Shown here: positions 25,102-38,200 of the stretch, piece by piece
How positions within the stretch are numbered: position 1 is the stretch's first letter
Layout: every line of letters starts with the position of its first letter
Assembly (NCBI GenBank): GCA_976226885.1
Contig: OZ320322.1
Location: 34,968,001 to 35,032,000 of the forward strand
Origin: Iphione sp. A-MEVVRFRX5
Taxonomy: Eukaryota
Direction: 5' to 3'
Length of the DNA: 64,000 nt
Position numbers and translations under genes: made by a program
The notes under the pieces: generated by a model
Told to the model about the DNA's origin: nothing
The model's database searches: none
Seen by the model: the letters and a program-made list of their open reading frames with translations, nothing else

Positions 25102-25959
25102 AGTGGTACCCGATATAAAAAAATAAGGTATTTCTGTAAATTCACTTCACTATGAGATGATAGCCCTATTCAGCTATTGCCAAATCTTCATTTTGGGCGG
25201 TCAGGACCATCATCACAGCAGACGGAGGTCAGACACTGTACATACAGTACCATATTTTCACTCCATGTAATACACATTGAAATACTGTGCCCTTGAAAAC
25301 ATGGCGTACGTATTTCTACACTAGTTATCCCAGCACATGTAACATAGATGATAGAGCAGGGCGGGCAGCCGGGTACCTGCCTAAGCACTGTAGTGCTGAC
25401 TATCGGTCACGTGACTACATTAAGTACCCAGCGGACTGCGTCGTGCGTCAGTCGGAGCGCCGAGTATCAGCAAAGCTGCAGCGAAGGTCGTCGTCGCTAC
25501 TGAGGAAGGCATCAGACGGTATAAATAATTTTAAAACTGGATATTATAAAGCCGAATTTACCGGTCTTTTTCCACACAGAGGGCATCATAGGCACAATAA
25601 AGGTAAGCGATAGAGTAGATGTGTTTGCCTAGCTCGGTTGTCGCTGCTTCAGAGCGCTGCCTGATTCTGACACTGTCAGATCAAAACAACTACATCGAGA
25701 CTACCATTTTTTTCCTCCAAATCTGGTAATTGTAATGCCAACACAATCTCATTTCACCAATGTGAGACACTACTTCAATTATAGCCTCACAATGACGCAT
25801 AGAAAAACGATTACTCGAAACCTGTAACCAACGAACTTCTCGAGAATGGATGCTGAGGCAGCAGTCTCACTCGGGAGCACGCTGATCATAATAAACATCA
25901 CATTATCAAGGGTAGGGGGCATTTCAGGCTACCTCAAGTGCTGCTGTTATACTTAACTC

Positions 25960-28828
25960 TTCTATTTGAGAATTGAAGGAGTTAGACCAGAAGAAAGCCT
26001 TGGGAGCTCAGCTCCAATCTAGGGCGAAATGGATTGCATTCGGTGAAAAGAATTCCAGTTATTTTTTGAAACTTGAAAAGGATCGTTCAGCTCAAAAAAA
26101 TATTCCTCATTTAATTGATTCTTCTGATAATATTCTTATGTCTTACAAGGACATTTTAAATTTCCAATATTCATATTTTAAAGATGTCTATTCTGGATCA
26201 GGTAGTTTTCAGGTTTTATCTGCTGACCAATACAAAAGTTTACACCAATATGATATTCCTCAACTTTCGGACTCTGAGAATGAAATGCTCAGCTCTGATA
26301 TTACCATTGCTGATCTTAGCCATTCCCTTCAGTCTATGGCGTCTGGTAAAGCACCCGGCTCAGACGGTCTTACCAAGGAATTTTATGTAACTTTCTGGGA
26401 TTTAATTGCTCCTGTTTTACACAAATGTTTTCTTTATGTGTTAGAACATGGTTGTTTAAGTCCAAAGCAAAAACGTGCTTTAATAGTTTTGCTTCCTAAA
26501 CCCCACAAAGACCGTTCACGTATTCAAAACTGGAGACCCATTGCTTTGTTAAATACAGATTTCAAAAAATTAGCTAAGACTCTTGCAACTAGACTTAAAA
26601 AAGTTATTAATCTGTTGATTTCTCCATCACAATCTGGTTTTATACCGGGCAGATCGATTTATGATACTATCCATATTATTGATGCTATTATCCATAATTC
26701 GTACTCTTCTGATAATAATCATGCTTTAATTGCTATTGATTTCGAAAAAGCCTTCGATAATGTTTCTTGGGAGTTTCTGTCATATATGTTATCTATGTTT
26801 AATATTAGCCCTGTGTTTACTAAGTGGATCACGACTTTATACATTGGAGCTGAGAGTTGTATTTACAGTAATGGTTTTACCTCACCATATTTTCAACTGG
26901 GAAAGGGGGTTAGACAAAGCTGCCCCCTTTCACCAATTTTATTCATTCTTGCTGTTGAAGCCTTGGGCATTATGGTTACTCAGAATAAGCAAATTCGAGG
27001 TATTCCTATTGGGTCGCAACATTTAAAGATTTTACAAAATGCCGATGATGTAACAGTGTTTGTCTCTTCAGCAAATGATTTAAAACATTTAATGGAAACT
27101 ATACAACAATTTTCAGCAATGTCTGGTTTAAAAGTTAACATCTCTAAATCTAATGCTCTAGCCCTTGGCAAATCTCCTATCCCAATGGTTTCTACCTTTC
27201 AGTTTTCATGGGTTTCTCGTATAAAGATACTTGGAATTTGGTTTTTGGAAACATATTCAGAACAGGAGCATTATAATCTAAATTTTGCACCTCGGCTTAC
27301 TCATATTTCTAATCTTTGTAACCGTTGGCAGAATAGTCAGTTATCCATTAAAGGTAATATTACAGTTGTCAATTCACTCCTTATCTCCCAACTACAATAT
27401 CCCTTATTTGCTGTTTCTGTTCCTGCTAAGGTATTTTCTGTATATAATAAATTAATTACTCAATTTATATGGAACTCTGGTAAACCTAAAGTTAGTAAGA
27501 CAGTCCTTACCCAGAATATTTCTGATGGTGGACTGAAGTTAGCTGATCTTTATATAAGATTTCAGTCTAACCGTATTATGTTCGTCAATCATGTTATTGA
27601 CTGAGTTATGTCACCACTAGCTTTAGTGGTAAAATATCTTTCTTCTCAAGTGAATATTGAGTATTTTTTCCATAGGAAAACAAAGAAAAGTTGGCAGGCT
27701 ACTATCTGGCCATTTTGCAATGAAGTGTTCAAATGTTGGTTTTCATTACACCTCAAACCTGCCATTGATGGAGATTCAGTTCTTAGTGAACCTTTATGGG
27801 ATAATGTTCATTGTAATAATCTCAAATGTGACTCATTGAAAGAGAAATGTATACAATGTAATATCACTCAGATTGGACATATCTTTATCGGTCATTCGTT
27901 CATTTCCCATGAGGCTCTTTTTACCAGGTTTGGTTTACAATGCACTGCTAATGAATACAATCTTTCAATTTGTATACCATCTTGGCAGTATATTAATATT
28001 CTTAAATCTGATAATGGTCATTTTCAAGAACAAGCATTGTTTCTTTGTAATAACAACCTCAGCCTGAACATTAGACATAAATCTGCCAAAACAATATACT
28101 GGTGGCTTCTTAATATTAGGAAGACTCTACCTACTGGCCAGAAATGTTGGAATGAATATATGCCTAATTTGATCGATGATTCATATAATTGGAATCGAAT
28201 ATACCAAAACCCCTTTGTGTGTACTATAAATACCAAATGGCAGTCTTTTCAGTTAAGATTAATCACAACATCATAGCTTGTAATGTATTTTTGTACAGAC
28301 TTAAAATTACTACCTCTCCTTGTTGTTCTTATTGTTCTGATATAGATGACATTTTTCATTTCTTTGTCGACTGCCAATGGTCTCAGCATTTTTGGAATGT
28401 TATCTTTACATGGTGGAAGAACATAACAGGTGAAAGTTTGTTTGATCTTAAGATACGTGAATTCCTTTTCGGAATACAGTCTGGGTATAAAAACACTAAA
28501 CTGTTAAATTACATGCTGTTGTGGTGTAAATTTTACATTTTTCGACAAAAAATATGCAGCTGGTAAATTTGATCTTTATGATTGGATTAAAGAATTTAAG
28601 ATGTTATTGTTAACTGAACAAAAAGTATGGCAATGTAAACAACTTCCCAATAAGTTTAAAGTATGGGATTATGTCTTTGATGTTATGTAGAACACATCAC
28701 CATATTTAGTGTTCTTTTTCTTTTATTGTTATTTTTATTGTTACTGTTAAAACCCAAAGCACCTCATATTGAAATTGTATATTGCTATATGTAATAAACT
28801 GGCTGGTGCCTTTTTAAAAAAAAAAAAA
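25960..28828 (+). mobile_element. 5'-truncated L1/Tx1-clade LINE with poly(A) tail
   Basis: ORF2 begins downstream of the endonuclease domain; AATAAA 28793-98, A-tail 28816-28828. Confidence 0.92.
25973..28566 (+). pseudogene. L1/Tx1 ORF2 reverse transcriptase plus C-terminal zinc-binding region, disrupted
   Basis: SRAKWIAFGEKNSSYF; KAPGSDGL; NWRPIALLNTDFK; QSGFIPGR; IDFEKAFD; GVRQSCPLSP; QNADD; in-frame TGA at 27602-04; frameshift near 28250; CSYCSDIDDIFHFFVDC zinc knuckle. Confidence 0.93.
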
Positions 28829-28951
28829 CAAACTTATAGTCAGTGAGCTAGTAGTGTGTAATGTTACTCCCACCACAGTGTCCTTTTTTTTTCTAGATTT
28901 ACATTAAATTGTGCAGCAGGTATTTAGACAAAACAGGTATGTACGTGTGCT

Positions 28952-29055
28952 TGGATGAAGCAAAATACTCATTCAGGCAGCATTATTATACCCAACTCGG
29001 CCCTCCGTCCTCGTTTGGTATTCATGCCACCTGAACTCATATTTTGCTTCATCCA
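28952..29055. repeat. ~100-nt imperfect hairpin
   Basis: TGGATGAAGCAAAATA (28952-67) is the perfect reverse complement of 29040-55; inner TTCAGG/CCTGAA and ATACC/GGTAT also pair. Confidence 0.7.
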
Positions 29056-29647
29056 CAGTTCACCATACTGGTTTTGTCTTTATTCCAGTTTTGACATTTA
29101 AATATAATGAAGAAGGCAAAATCATTGTCCGAAATGTTGGGAATTAAAAACAACATAAATCGAATCTGCCAAGTTGTGTTAGTGTGTTCCTTCTGTTTAA
29201 GAACATTTAAATATAATGACCTATTCTTTGTGTGTGGAACTGTTTTCTTTTGCATACCAACAGTGTAAGTACATACTTGTTTAATTACCTGCGGGCTTGT
29301 AGGGTACAGCGAAACTCATGCCTCTTGATGTCTGCCACTTGAGGGCTGTATTCTCTTTATTTCATGCATATTTGCTTATAAACTGTATAGAAACATACCC
29401 ATTTAATGTCATTTCGGTCAATTATTTGTCTTTTTCGAATTGCTAATGGCATGTTTCAGGCCCATAGCCAGGAAGTTTTCTGGGAGGTATCGGAGGATAC
29501 CCCCAATACCTCAGGGATGGAACATTCTGGTGACACTGGTGACCATCTCTATTCAAGTGTACATGTATATGTAGAAATCTTAGAAGGGGGCTATCAGATG
29601 ATACTCCCGATAATTTCAAGTTTTAGGATAAATTTGTCTTAATATAT

Positions 29648-29974
29648 TGTAACAGCGGCCGCTCCGCAAGAAGGACATGACAAACAAATGAAGTGAATGA
29701 CCTTTATAACTGATAACACAGGTGTAAGCAGTATGGCTCTCAGCTCTCAACTGACTCCCCTGGGCTCCAGCTCCTGCTTATATAGGCTGGAGCCCCCCCC
29801 CCCCCCCCTAGTGGTGCATGGTGCCACGCTGGATCTGCACAAAGCACGAAGCACAAAGCACGGGGCGACACTGCAACACTGCACTCCACTCTAGAGCATC
29901 AATGTACAGTGCACAGTGCCACCCCGCACGATGCAACCTTGCACCGTGCAACGTAGCCACATGTCACTGCTACA
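29648..29974 (-). mobile_element. Solo LTR (Gypsy-like) with 4-bp ATAT target duplication
   Basis: TGTAACAG...CTGCTACA termini, ATAT on both flanks (29644-47, 29975-78), TATATAAG promoter motif on the minus strand near 29790. Confidence 0.8.
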
Positions 29975-30135
29975 ATATCTATAAACTTGCCAATATGCTA
30001 ACTTAGAGTTTCTTCCAGGTCACATGACTGTTTTTCCATGGTAACCGTATGCATATTCCTAAATGTAAGTTACATCTGGTAAGCACACCATACCCTCTTT
30101 TCAGTACAGTACATATCCAAAATTGACTATATATA

Positions 30136-30916
30136 CAGGATAACCCATGATTACGGATGCCCAGCCACAGCAGACACCCCCTACAACGGACGCCCTGGTG
30201 CAGTCCCATACAAAATGCCTCTAAATCTTGTTTATTGGCACCCGGACACAGCGGGCACCTAAGGGACAGTGTACACCCCACCTTCAGACACTCTTTATTA
30301 CAGTCCCAAACCATCATTTTACCATGCCCACAGCAGACGCCACCCTTCAGTCTGCCGCTGCCGCTCTTTCCTCTGCCGTTGGCTCCCTTCAGTCTGCCGC
30401 TGTCACTCTTTCCTCTGCCGTTGGCCCCCTTCATTCTATTGCTGCCTACCCTTCCCTGTGCTGCTGCCCACCCTTCAGTCTGTCGCTTTCACTCTTTCCT
30501 CTACCTTTCATGATTTCTCACCCTTCTTGTCACCCTTCTCGTCGCATCTTTGATGGCTGTCCACAACCTGGAGAAGGCATGACCCCTTCTCATCACCTTC
30601 TCGCTACTCCTTTGATGGGTGTCCACACCTTGGAGAAAGCAGTTGTCTAGATTATATTTCCATAAACTTCTGTAAACTCCACTCTACCACCACCAACATT
30701 TCCTCTACCACAGCAGACATTCCCTCTACAACTGCCAAACTCCACTCTACCACCACCAACATTTCCTTTACCACAGCAGACATTCCCTCTACAACTGCCA
30801 AACTCCAATGTACCACCTTGACAATACCCTCTGCCACACCTCGGCGACAGCGGATACCCCCTACATCAGACACCCCGCGCCAGTCCTGTCAATGTCCGTT
30901 GTGGCGGGTTCTACTG
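30136..30916. mobile_element. Tc1/pogo-type MITE with internal 42-bp and 63-bp tandem repeats
   Basis: TA-CAGGATAACCC...ACGGA at left; TGTCCGTTGTGGCGGGTTCTACTG-TA at right; subterminal CTACAACGGAC/CACAGCAGAC motifs. Confidence 0.65.
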
Positions 30917-31981
30917 TATAGAAAAATGATCTATTTCGTTTAAAAATCGATCACTGGTGATTTATTTACCATTGGCGGTCAGGAAGGGATTAATCACTTG
31001 TCATAGTATTCATATGATTTTCACGTTCCACAGGGACCATTTCCTTACAGAAATCATTTCAAAGCAAATAGTTTAGGGTTATGTTTCTTTCATTATATCT
31101 ACGTGCATATACAATAGAATGCCGCAGTATGGCCATACTAGAATGCAAACCAAACCCATGTAAGCTCAGAACGATTTTTTTTTTTTTTGCATCTGTTAAC
31201 CTGTTTATCATAGGGTTGCATCATGGTTTTTCATGTCATTTTCATGTCCAAGATACCTCTGGAGGTGTCTTGGACCTTATCTCTGAGCCAGAATGAATGA
31301 ACTCATCCCCTGTGTCTCTCCAAGACAGCTACATGTTCATAACATTTGAATGTGCACGCCCCAAAGCGAGATGCGTCCCTTATCTGACCACTGAGAGAGC
31401 TTGGGGTTGATTGAACACCAGGCCATAAGTTTGCGTGTGATTCTGAGTGTGAGGCCTGGTTTCTTGATTTGTGTTAGGCTGCGTGCATTAACGTGTTATT
31501 GCTTTACCACAAGCTCACACAAGCACACAGACAGGAGTGTCCTTTGAGCTAGCGTTGAGGTGCACTGGAAACCAGTAAGACTGGGAAAAGTATGAAAACT
31601 GGCAAATTTGACAGGAATAGTGGCAATAACAGTGAATTCACTCGAAAAAGTATGAAAATGTATGGATTCGTGTGTATATCACTGTAAAGGTGAGGAAATG
31701 TGAGGAAACAGTCTTGAGCTTTTACATCTGTGCATGAAATTATCGGTCATCTTTAATAATGAACAACAGATTGAAAACAGACCCCAAAGCAGGTAAACAC
31801 ATGCGCTATCAAAAGACTCTTCGGTAGATATCACTGATTCAATAAAAATGCACCTCAATGCAACCAAAACACATGGACACCAACACAGGTAAGGAAACCG
31901 GACCTGAGTCTGATGCCACGATCTCCACAGCCTTATATCTGCATTTCACCTATGATCGCTCACTCTCACTCACTGTCTATC

Positions 31982-31982
<1 letters not shown>

Positions 31983-32019
<37 letters not shown>

Positions 32020-32042
32020 GGCCTGTGTGTGTCTGTCTGTCT
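31983..32042. repeat. (TCTG)n microsatellite
   Basis: Direct reading of tandem TCTG units. Confidence 0.9.
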
Positions 32043-32121
32043 GTCCCGCTCTCTCATATGATACGTTTCGCTGAGCAGGCGTTCTACACCTCTGTTTTTC
32101 TCTCCTCCAGATGAATATTAG

Positions 32122-32292
32122 ATGACCCAAGTAGGCCGTTGGTTCCGGGATTCCTTAGCAATGTCTGAGGAATCGAGCCCTCCGCCCACGCTAGTCGACG
32201 TCGACGAGCTAGTGGGCAGTCCATATTTGTTGGACGCTTTCTCGCATCACGCCTCCTTCACTGTTGGAGACGAGGAAGGCTTGGATGGCGCG
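32122..32292 (+). CDS. PPIP5K: PPIP5K first coding exon (exon begins at 32111)
   Basis: CTCCAG acceptor; MTQVGRW...[17 protein letters not shown]|GTAAGT. Confidence 0.75.
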
Positions 32293-35200
32293 GTAAGTAA
32301 ATTGACGTCATTAACAGAAGACTGGTTCAGCAAACAGCCTGGCGCTAATTTATTTATGGTTTGTTAGGACACTTGTTGATTTACCCAGAAAGAGTAAGTT
32401 TAATAACGACGGTGCTTTTGTCAGTTGATGTAATGTTCTGTGTATTTTCAAAAGCAGTTGATTTCATTTTGTGTCAGAAGTAGGATTTTTTGACAGGTAT
32501 CCTTCATTAACAATTGAAGCATTTTGTAGGAAGTCCCCGAATCACAGCTGCTTCAGGAAGGTCTTGAAAAAAGATAATGAGGAGGATCGAAACATTTCCA
32601 AGGTATCGGAAATGTCATAGTCTCCTATAAGACCTTGACATAAATAATATAATCTGAACTAAACATTGTCGGTTACGATAATACGTGTTCTCATTTGCAC
32701 ATTGCAGGAGAGTAGCTTTGACGCAGGAGAGCGGCAGATAGTGGTGGGAGTGTGTGCAATGCAGAAAAAGTCTCAATCAAAGCCGATGCAAGAGATCCTT
32801 GAACGACTTGGTCGATTTGACTACATAAAACCACTCGTGTTCGAGGAGAGGGTCATCCTGGAGGAACCTATCGAGAACTGGCCACTGTGTGACTGTCTTA
32901 TCTCTTTCCACTCGAAGGGATTCCCGCTAGATAAAGCTGTAAAGTATGCCAAGCTACGCAAGCCCATGCTTATCAACGATCTTCACATGCAGTACACCAT
33001 TCAGGACAGGTGTGTGAAATGTAGCAATCTTCCACTCATGTCGAGAGGCAAATTGTGTCCACTGAATAAACTTGCGTACGAAACCGTAACGTTTTGATCA
33101 TACATAGACATTCCATACCATTTGATGACGTGTTCCACTTAAGAAATTTTTCCTCCCTTGTTTAAGCAGTGAAAGCGTTTGTCCAATTTCATTCATTTCA
33201 ATGTATATTTATTGTCATATGCCTCTCCACTCCGGAGCTCTTCCCATACAGATATTTGTTGCGGTTGATTTAAGCTGGTGTTCTGTTGGTCACAGGAGAG
33301 AAGTCCATCGTGTGCTGTCTGAGGCAGGAATCGTCCAGCCACGGTATGCTGTTCTCGACCGTGAAAGTGGTGACCCATCCAGTAAGCCCACTTCTTTCAT
33401 TGTTAGCCGTGATGAGGCTCGACCTGGAAATAAAACGCGCACTTCAGTGAATCCGAAATACGTCGAAATATATTCTTAAGAGAAGAAGCATTTGTTTTCT
33501 GTGGCATTTGGATTGGCTGGCATTAGGCTAGCCGTGTGGTATTTGACCACGCATTATAACCAGGTTGCATTTTAAACATTTATTCCACAAAATATACATG
33601 TACATGCGTCTACATTGGAGAGAAAAAAGTCGAATTAGAGACATACAACGTGTAAGTTTGTTTAGTTATTATAAAGTGTAACGTACATTTCCAGGGAGTG
33701 AATAAAATTAGAACGAGACTCGCATTGATAGATTGAACAAATGTTTGAAGGGACTCCCTTTTTATATTAGGAAGAAAGAAATTATCTACGATTGTTATAT
33801 TCTTTCGTATATCTTTGTAGGCTTGATTAGAACCGCTTCCCAGGTACACTGTACGTGGTTTCCATTTATCTTGATTCCCAGGAAACCAGCTTGTAGAAAG
33901 TGAGGACCATGTCGAAGTAGGTAACATGGTTTTTCATAAACCATTCGTCGAGAAGCCAATATCAGCCGAAGACCACAATGTTTATATCTACTTCCCCACC
34001 AGTGCCGGCGGCGGTAGTCAAAGGCTCTTCAGGAAGGTAAGTCTTCTAGTGCAGCTATACCTCGCTTGACGAAGTAGATGTGCTACTTAGTTTGGCTTCG
34101 TTGTGGGGAAACTTCGTCATCAGGGGCAGAATACTTTATCATGATATTTCACGGACTTTGACAAAAGCGACCATAGGCCACAAAAAGTGAACAGGTCTCC
34201 CTTTCAAGGGATATAACATCATTTTCTGAAGTTTTCAAGAGTACATGTATATGATCCCTATTTGATTTGTTTTAACATAAAAACTACCTGGGGAGGGGGC
34301 TAGCCTCAGGTTTGTTTTGGTTTTGCCTTGATAAGCCGTGATGGGTAATATTAGAAGAGCTTTATCTTTAAACCAATCAAAGATAATGATTATGTGTCCT
34401 ATAAACTTAATATTTACAGTGAAGGGTCCTTATTGTGTTTTGTACATGCTATTAAAATAATTTTATTTTCTAAAAAGTATTTCTGTATTTGCAAGCAATT
34501 TTAAAAGACACAGTCCACTTTCCAACAATAGGCTCACTTCAAAGTCATCAGTCTGGTGAAAATAACATTTTACAAACTTAATTTTCAGTTTGAAATGTTC
34601 TTCTGTAGTATAGTAATGTGTGTGCCTAAAGATATTTCTCTGTCTGGAATATTAGTGAAAAGTATACATGTTTACTATGGCAAGTCCAACAGGAAGTACG
34701 CTTTTTTCCCCCCTACCCTGCTGTATTATGGAATCGTCTGAAACACTCTATGGATGTGTACCTGTATTGTGTGTGGTCTTGTTATTTTACTGACAAGCGC
34801 CTTTGGCGCCTGCCCTGATCATAAGAGTGTGTGTGTAGTTTGGTGTGTGTGTGTGTAGGGGGAACAGAGACTGGGCAGGAGGAAGGGGTCAAAGTACAGA
34901 CTGATCTGGCCTTTTACAACCCTCGGTTTTGCTTGACTGAACAGAAGGGGGGTAGGAATACATCTGTCTGTGTAGAAAGTAGGGCATCATATGTCATATG
35001 TTTTTAGGAATAGGCATTTTAAATATACAAAAGATGAATAATCACCTCTATCTTGCATTAAAATATCTTCTTGGACCAATCAGTATAAAAAATAAGATAT
35101 ATCTTTTCAAACCACATCACTATGAGAGCACAGCTCCATGGCCGGACTACTTTCAGGCAACGTTTTATATAGGTAGTGTAACAAGGAAGGCCGCTGTGTC

Positions 35201-38200
35201 CGCCAGGAAGTACATCATTTTAAACCATGTGTCATGACCTGTCTGTTGAGTGTACTAGCTGATAGTAGATATGCAATGTTTTTTTTTCACTGTTTCAATT
35301 TGCAATGCAGTTAACGCAAAGCTCTTTCATTCCAATCCGACAGATTGGCAGTCGAAGTAGCGTATATTCTCCAATAAGTACCGTGCGGAAAACCGGCTCC
35401 TATATTTATGAAGAGTTTATGCCAACAGATGGCACTGATGTAAAGGTAAGATCCTGTGTCTGGATAGATGGTAATGAAAACTGCATGTACATTGCTGAGA
35501 CGTATCTTGACCTAGAAAAGGGTTCCCACAGAGATAAGGGCCGTTATCATTTGCTTATCATAACACAGGACCCATTTCGGACAGGACGCACAAAAGACTG
35601 AAGTTATTTTACAATAATGATTCACACATAAAGATTTAAGTAAAAGGAGGCACAGTGTATATGTATTCAGAATACTTTTCAAGATAAATAGGAACTTACA
35701 TTACTGTAAATCACTGAACCTCCCTGCATACTCCGGAAGATATCCAGCCTCTCGCCACTTGTCCTCACTAGCTCTGTCTGCCATGCGAATTGTAGCTATA
35801 TGTCACAACCTAAAAGTTAACGTTCTACACTATTTTTAAGTATCAAATTTTTCTCACCGAATCTCAATTTGATACATTTTTCACACTTTTTCATACTACT
35901 TTTTCCAAGCCATTTAAAAAAATACTTCTGGCACTATGAATATTTTCATAATGATGCACGGGATACTCCCCATGTTGAGCGCAAACACCCAGATTTCATT
36001 ATTAGATGCACACACATCTGAATATTAGGTCCATGAGGAAAACAAATGTTGTACAATTAATGGCAAGATGTAATTCTTTACAGAGGCAAAATTACAGGAC
36101 AGTATTGTTGACACTGCGTGTGTTGTGAGAGTCCCGTCTTTCGGTGAATTGCCTAACGCAGGTATAAATACTGCATCGGGTCTGTAATTGTGCCTACTCT
36201 TTTTGGTCAGTTATATTTTTTTCAGTCGATAGGCAGCTAGCAACATTGCACAGGCAGTATTTACTATATAGACACCAAAATCAGCCTCTTCATTGTGAAC
36301 GTGATCAAACGGTTTCCTTTTAATATAAAGATAAAAGGACCCATGTGCACATGAACACACATGCGTACGTACGCACGCAATGGAAGGGGAAGGGCAGAGA
36401 CAGGGACTGGTCATAACTATAGGTGTGATTGGATATGGTCAAAATGTCCAGATACAGTCAGATTTGACACTACTGAAGCTGACATTTGCCTCGACATTTC
36501 TAGGCAGTAATTGATACATCTCGCGTGTACTTTACGCCCCAGGTCTACACTGTGGGAGGAGACTATGCACATGCCGAAGCCCGAAAGTCACCCGCCCTTG
36601 ACGGGAAGGTGGAGCGAGACAAGGACGGAAAGGAGATCCGCTACCCTGTGATTCTGACAGCAGCAGAGAAGTTAATTGCCATGAAAGTGTGTCATGCTTT
36701 CAAGGTCGGTTTGACATCGAATTCTTTACGTTCCGCTTAGTTGTTCCCGTCAGTATGTGACAGTTTAATGTTTTATTATGCTCTCCATGACATGTGCTGC
36801 TTCCTTTTAACAAAATAGGGGAGGCGGGGGTAGGGACTATTTTAGTATTTGGTACCAAATCCAGCATTGAGACAGTGAGGGTTCATATCCTCTCTTTACA
36901 GAGGGCTGACAGCCAACCTGATCAAACAAAATTCTTAATCCTAGTCAGTATGGAAGAAGGTACTCGATTTCCTATGTGCTGGAAGTTCTCTCAGCTTTAG
37001 TACAATTCAGGATTGAATGGTACCATTTGGTAACGTAACGAATTAGTGTTAGGAATGATATCCCTGTTTGTTTATACTTCCAACATTTGATACTGTTGCA
37101 GCAAACTGTCTGCGGCTTTGACCTGCTGCGTGCGAGTGGCAGGTCCTACGTCTGTGATGTAAATGGATTTAGCTTTGTGAAGACGTCCATGAAGTATTAT
37201 GACGACTGTGCCAAGATACTAGGGTAAATTAATCATACCTGATGATGCAACACTTAACATTCTCATTTGGTTCAATACCGACGACTTATCAGTATCTCTC
37301 CTAATGAAAAAAAAAATGCTTTTAAAATGTTTTCGATGGGTGTAGCCCCAGTGTTCCGGAGGGGAAGATATTTTCTTTGTTTTTCTTTTTCCCGTCTGAT
37401 TGGAACCGTCTGTCTTCTTTCCATATTATTGGCAGGTCGCTTTTGGGCGACCTGTTCTACAAGGTGACAACCAAAGATGGCTCCGTAGCTTTGATCGGGC
37501 CACTGTGCGTGTGCGATATTGTGTCACCATTTCGAGAAAGGGCTGAGAGTTGGGGAAAACCTTAGGATGATGAATTCATCACTGGGCCGTTCCAGCAAGC
37601 TGTGGTGCATCTGGAGGTCTGCTAATCTGCTGTTCGTTAATGAATTTACAGGAATATGATCCTTCGTGAGTTGGCGCCCCAACTACACATCCCTTACTCC
37701 ATCATGTACCAGCCAGATGACATTCCTATTGTACCCACTACATATGGTACCATGTAAGTCTTGAACGCCTTCTTGAGAAAATATGTGGTTCCTTTGTATA
37801 GTTACTAGTGCATGTCTACTCAGTGACAGATTCTTTTGTTATAGCCAATGCATGAGGTTATTCGCGAGTTCCTCACAGTGATTTGGAATAGTCCTCTATT
37901 CGTGACATGTTTCTCTTACAAAGGTTATCAAGAGCAACTAACGTTGAGCTAAGACAATGAATATTGTTAGAATATTGGAAGTAATACGAGAATGTAGTCC
38001 CAGCAGTGATCACTTCATCAAATTCTAAGCCCCTCACTATCATTTATCGTTCTTGGCACCATCTAGAAGCCCTATTACATACAAATGTTACAATGGAAGT
38101 AGACGTGAACTCTATAAGCTTTCGTTGAGCTCGAAAATATGCTAGAGTATACGTATATTGTGTTTTCGACACTATTTAAGCGTGGTCTATGACTATACAA

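Noticed and set aside
24912-25145. ORFs containing X runs (also 52035-52366)
   Set aside because: Artefacts of N gaps.
30003-30873. Several overlapping Pro/Ser-rich ORFs
   Set aside because: Explained by 42-bp and 63-bp tandem repeats inside a TA-flanked MITE; open in multiple frames, which is typical of low-complexity DNA.
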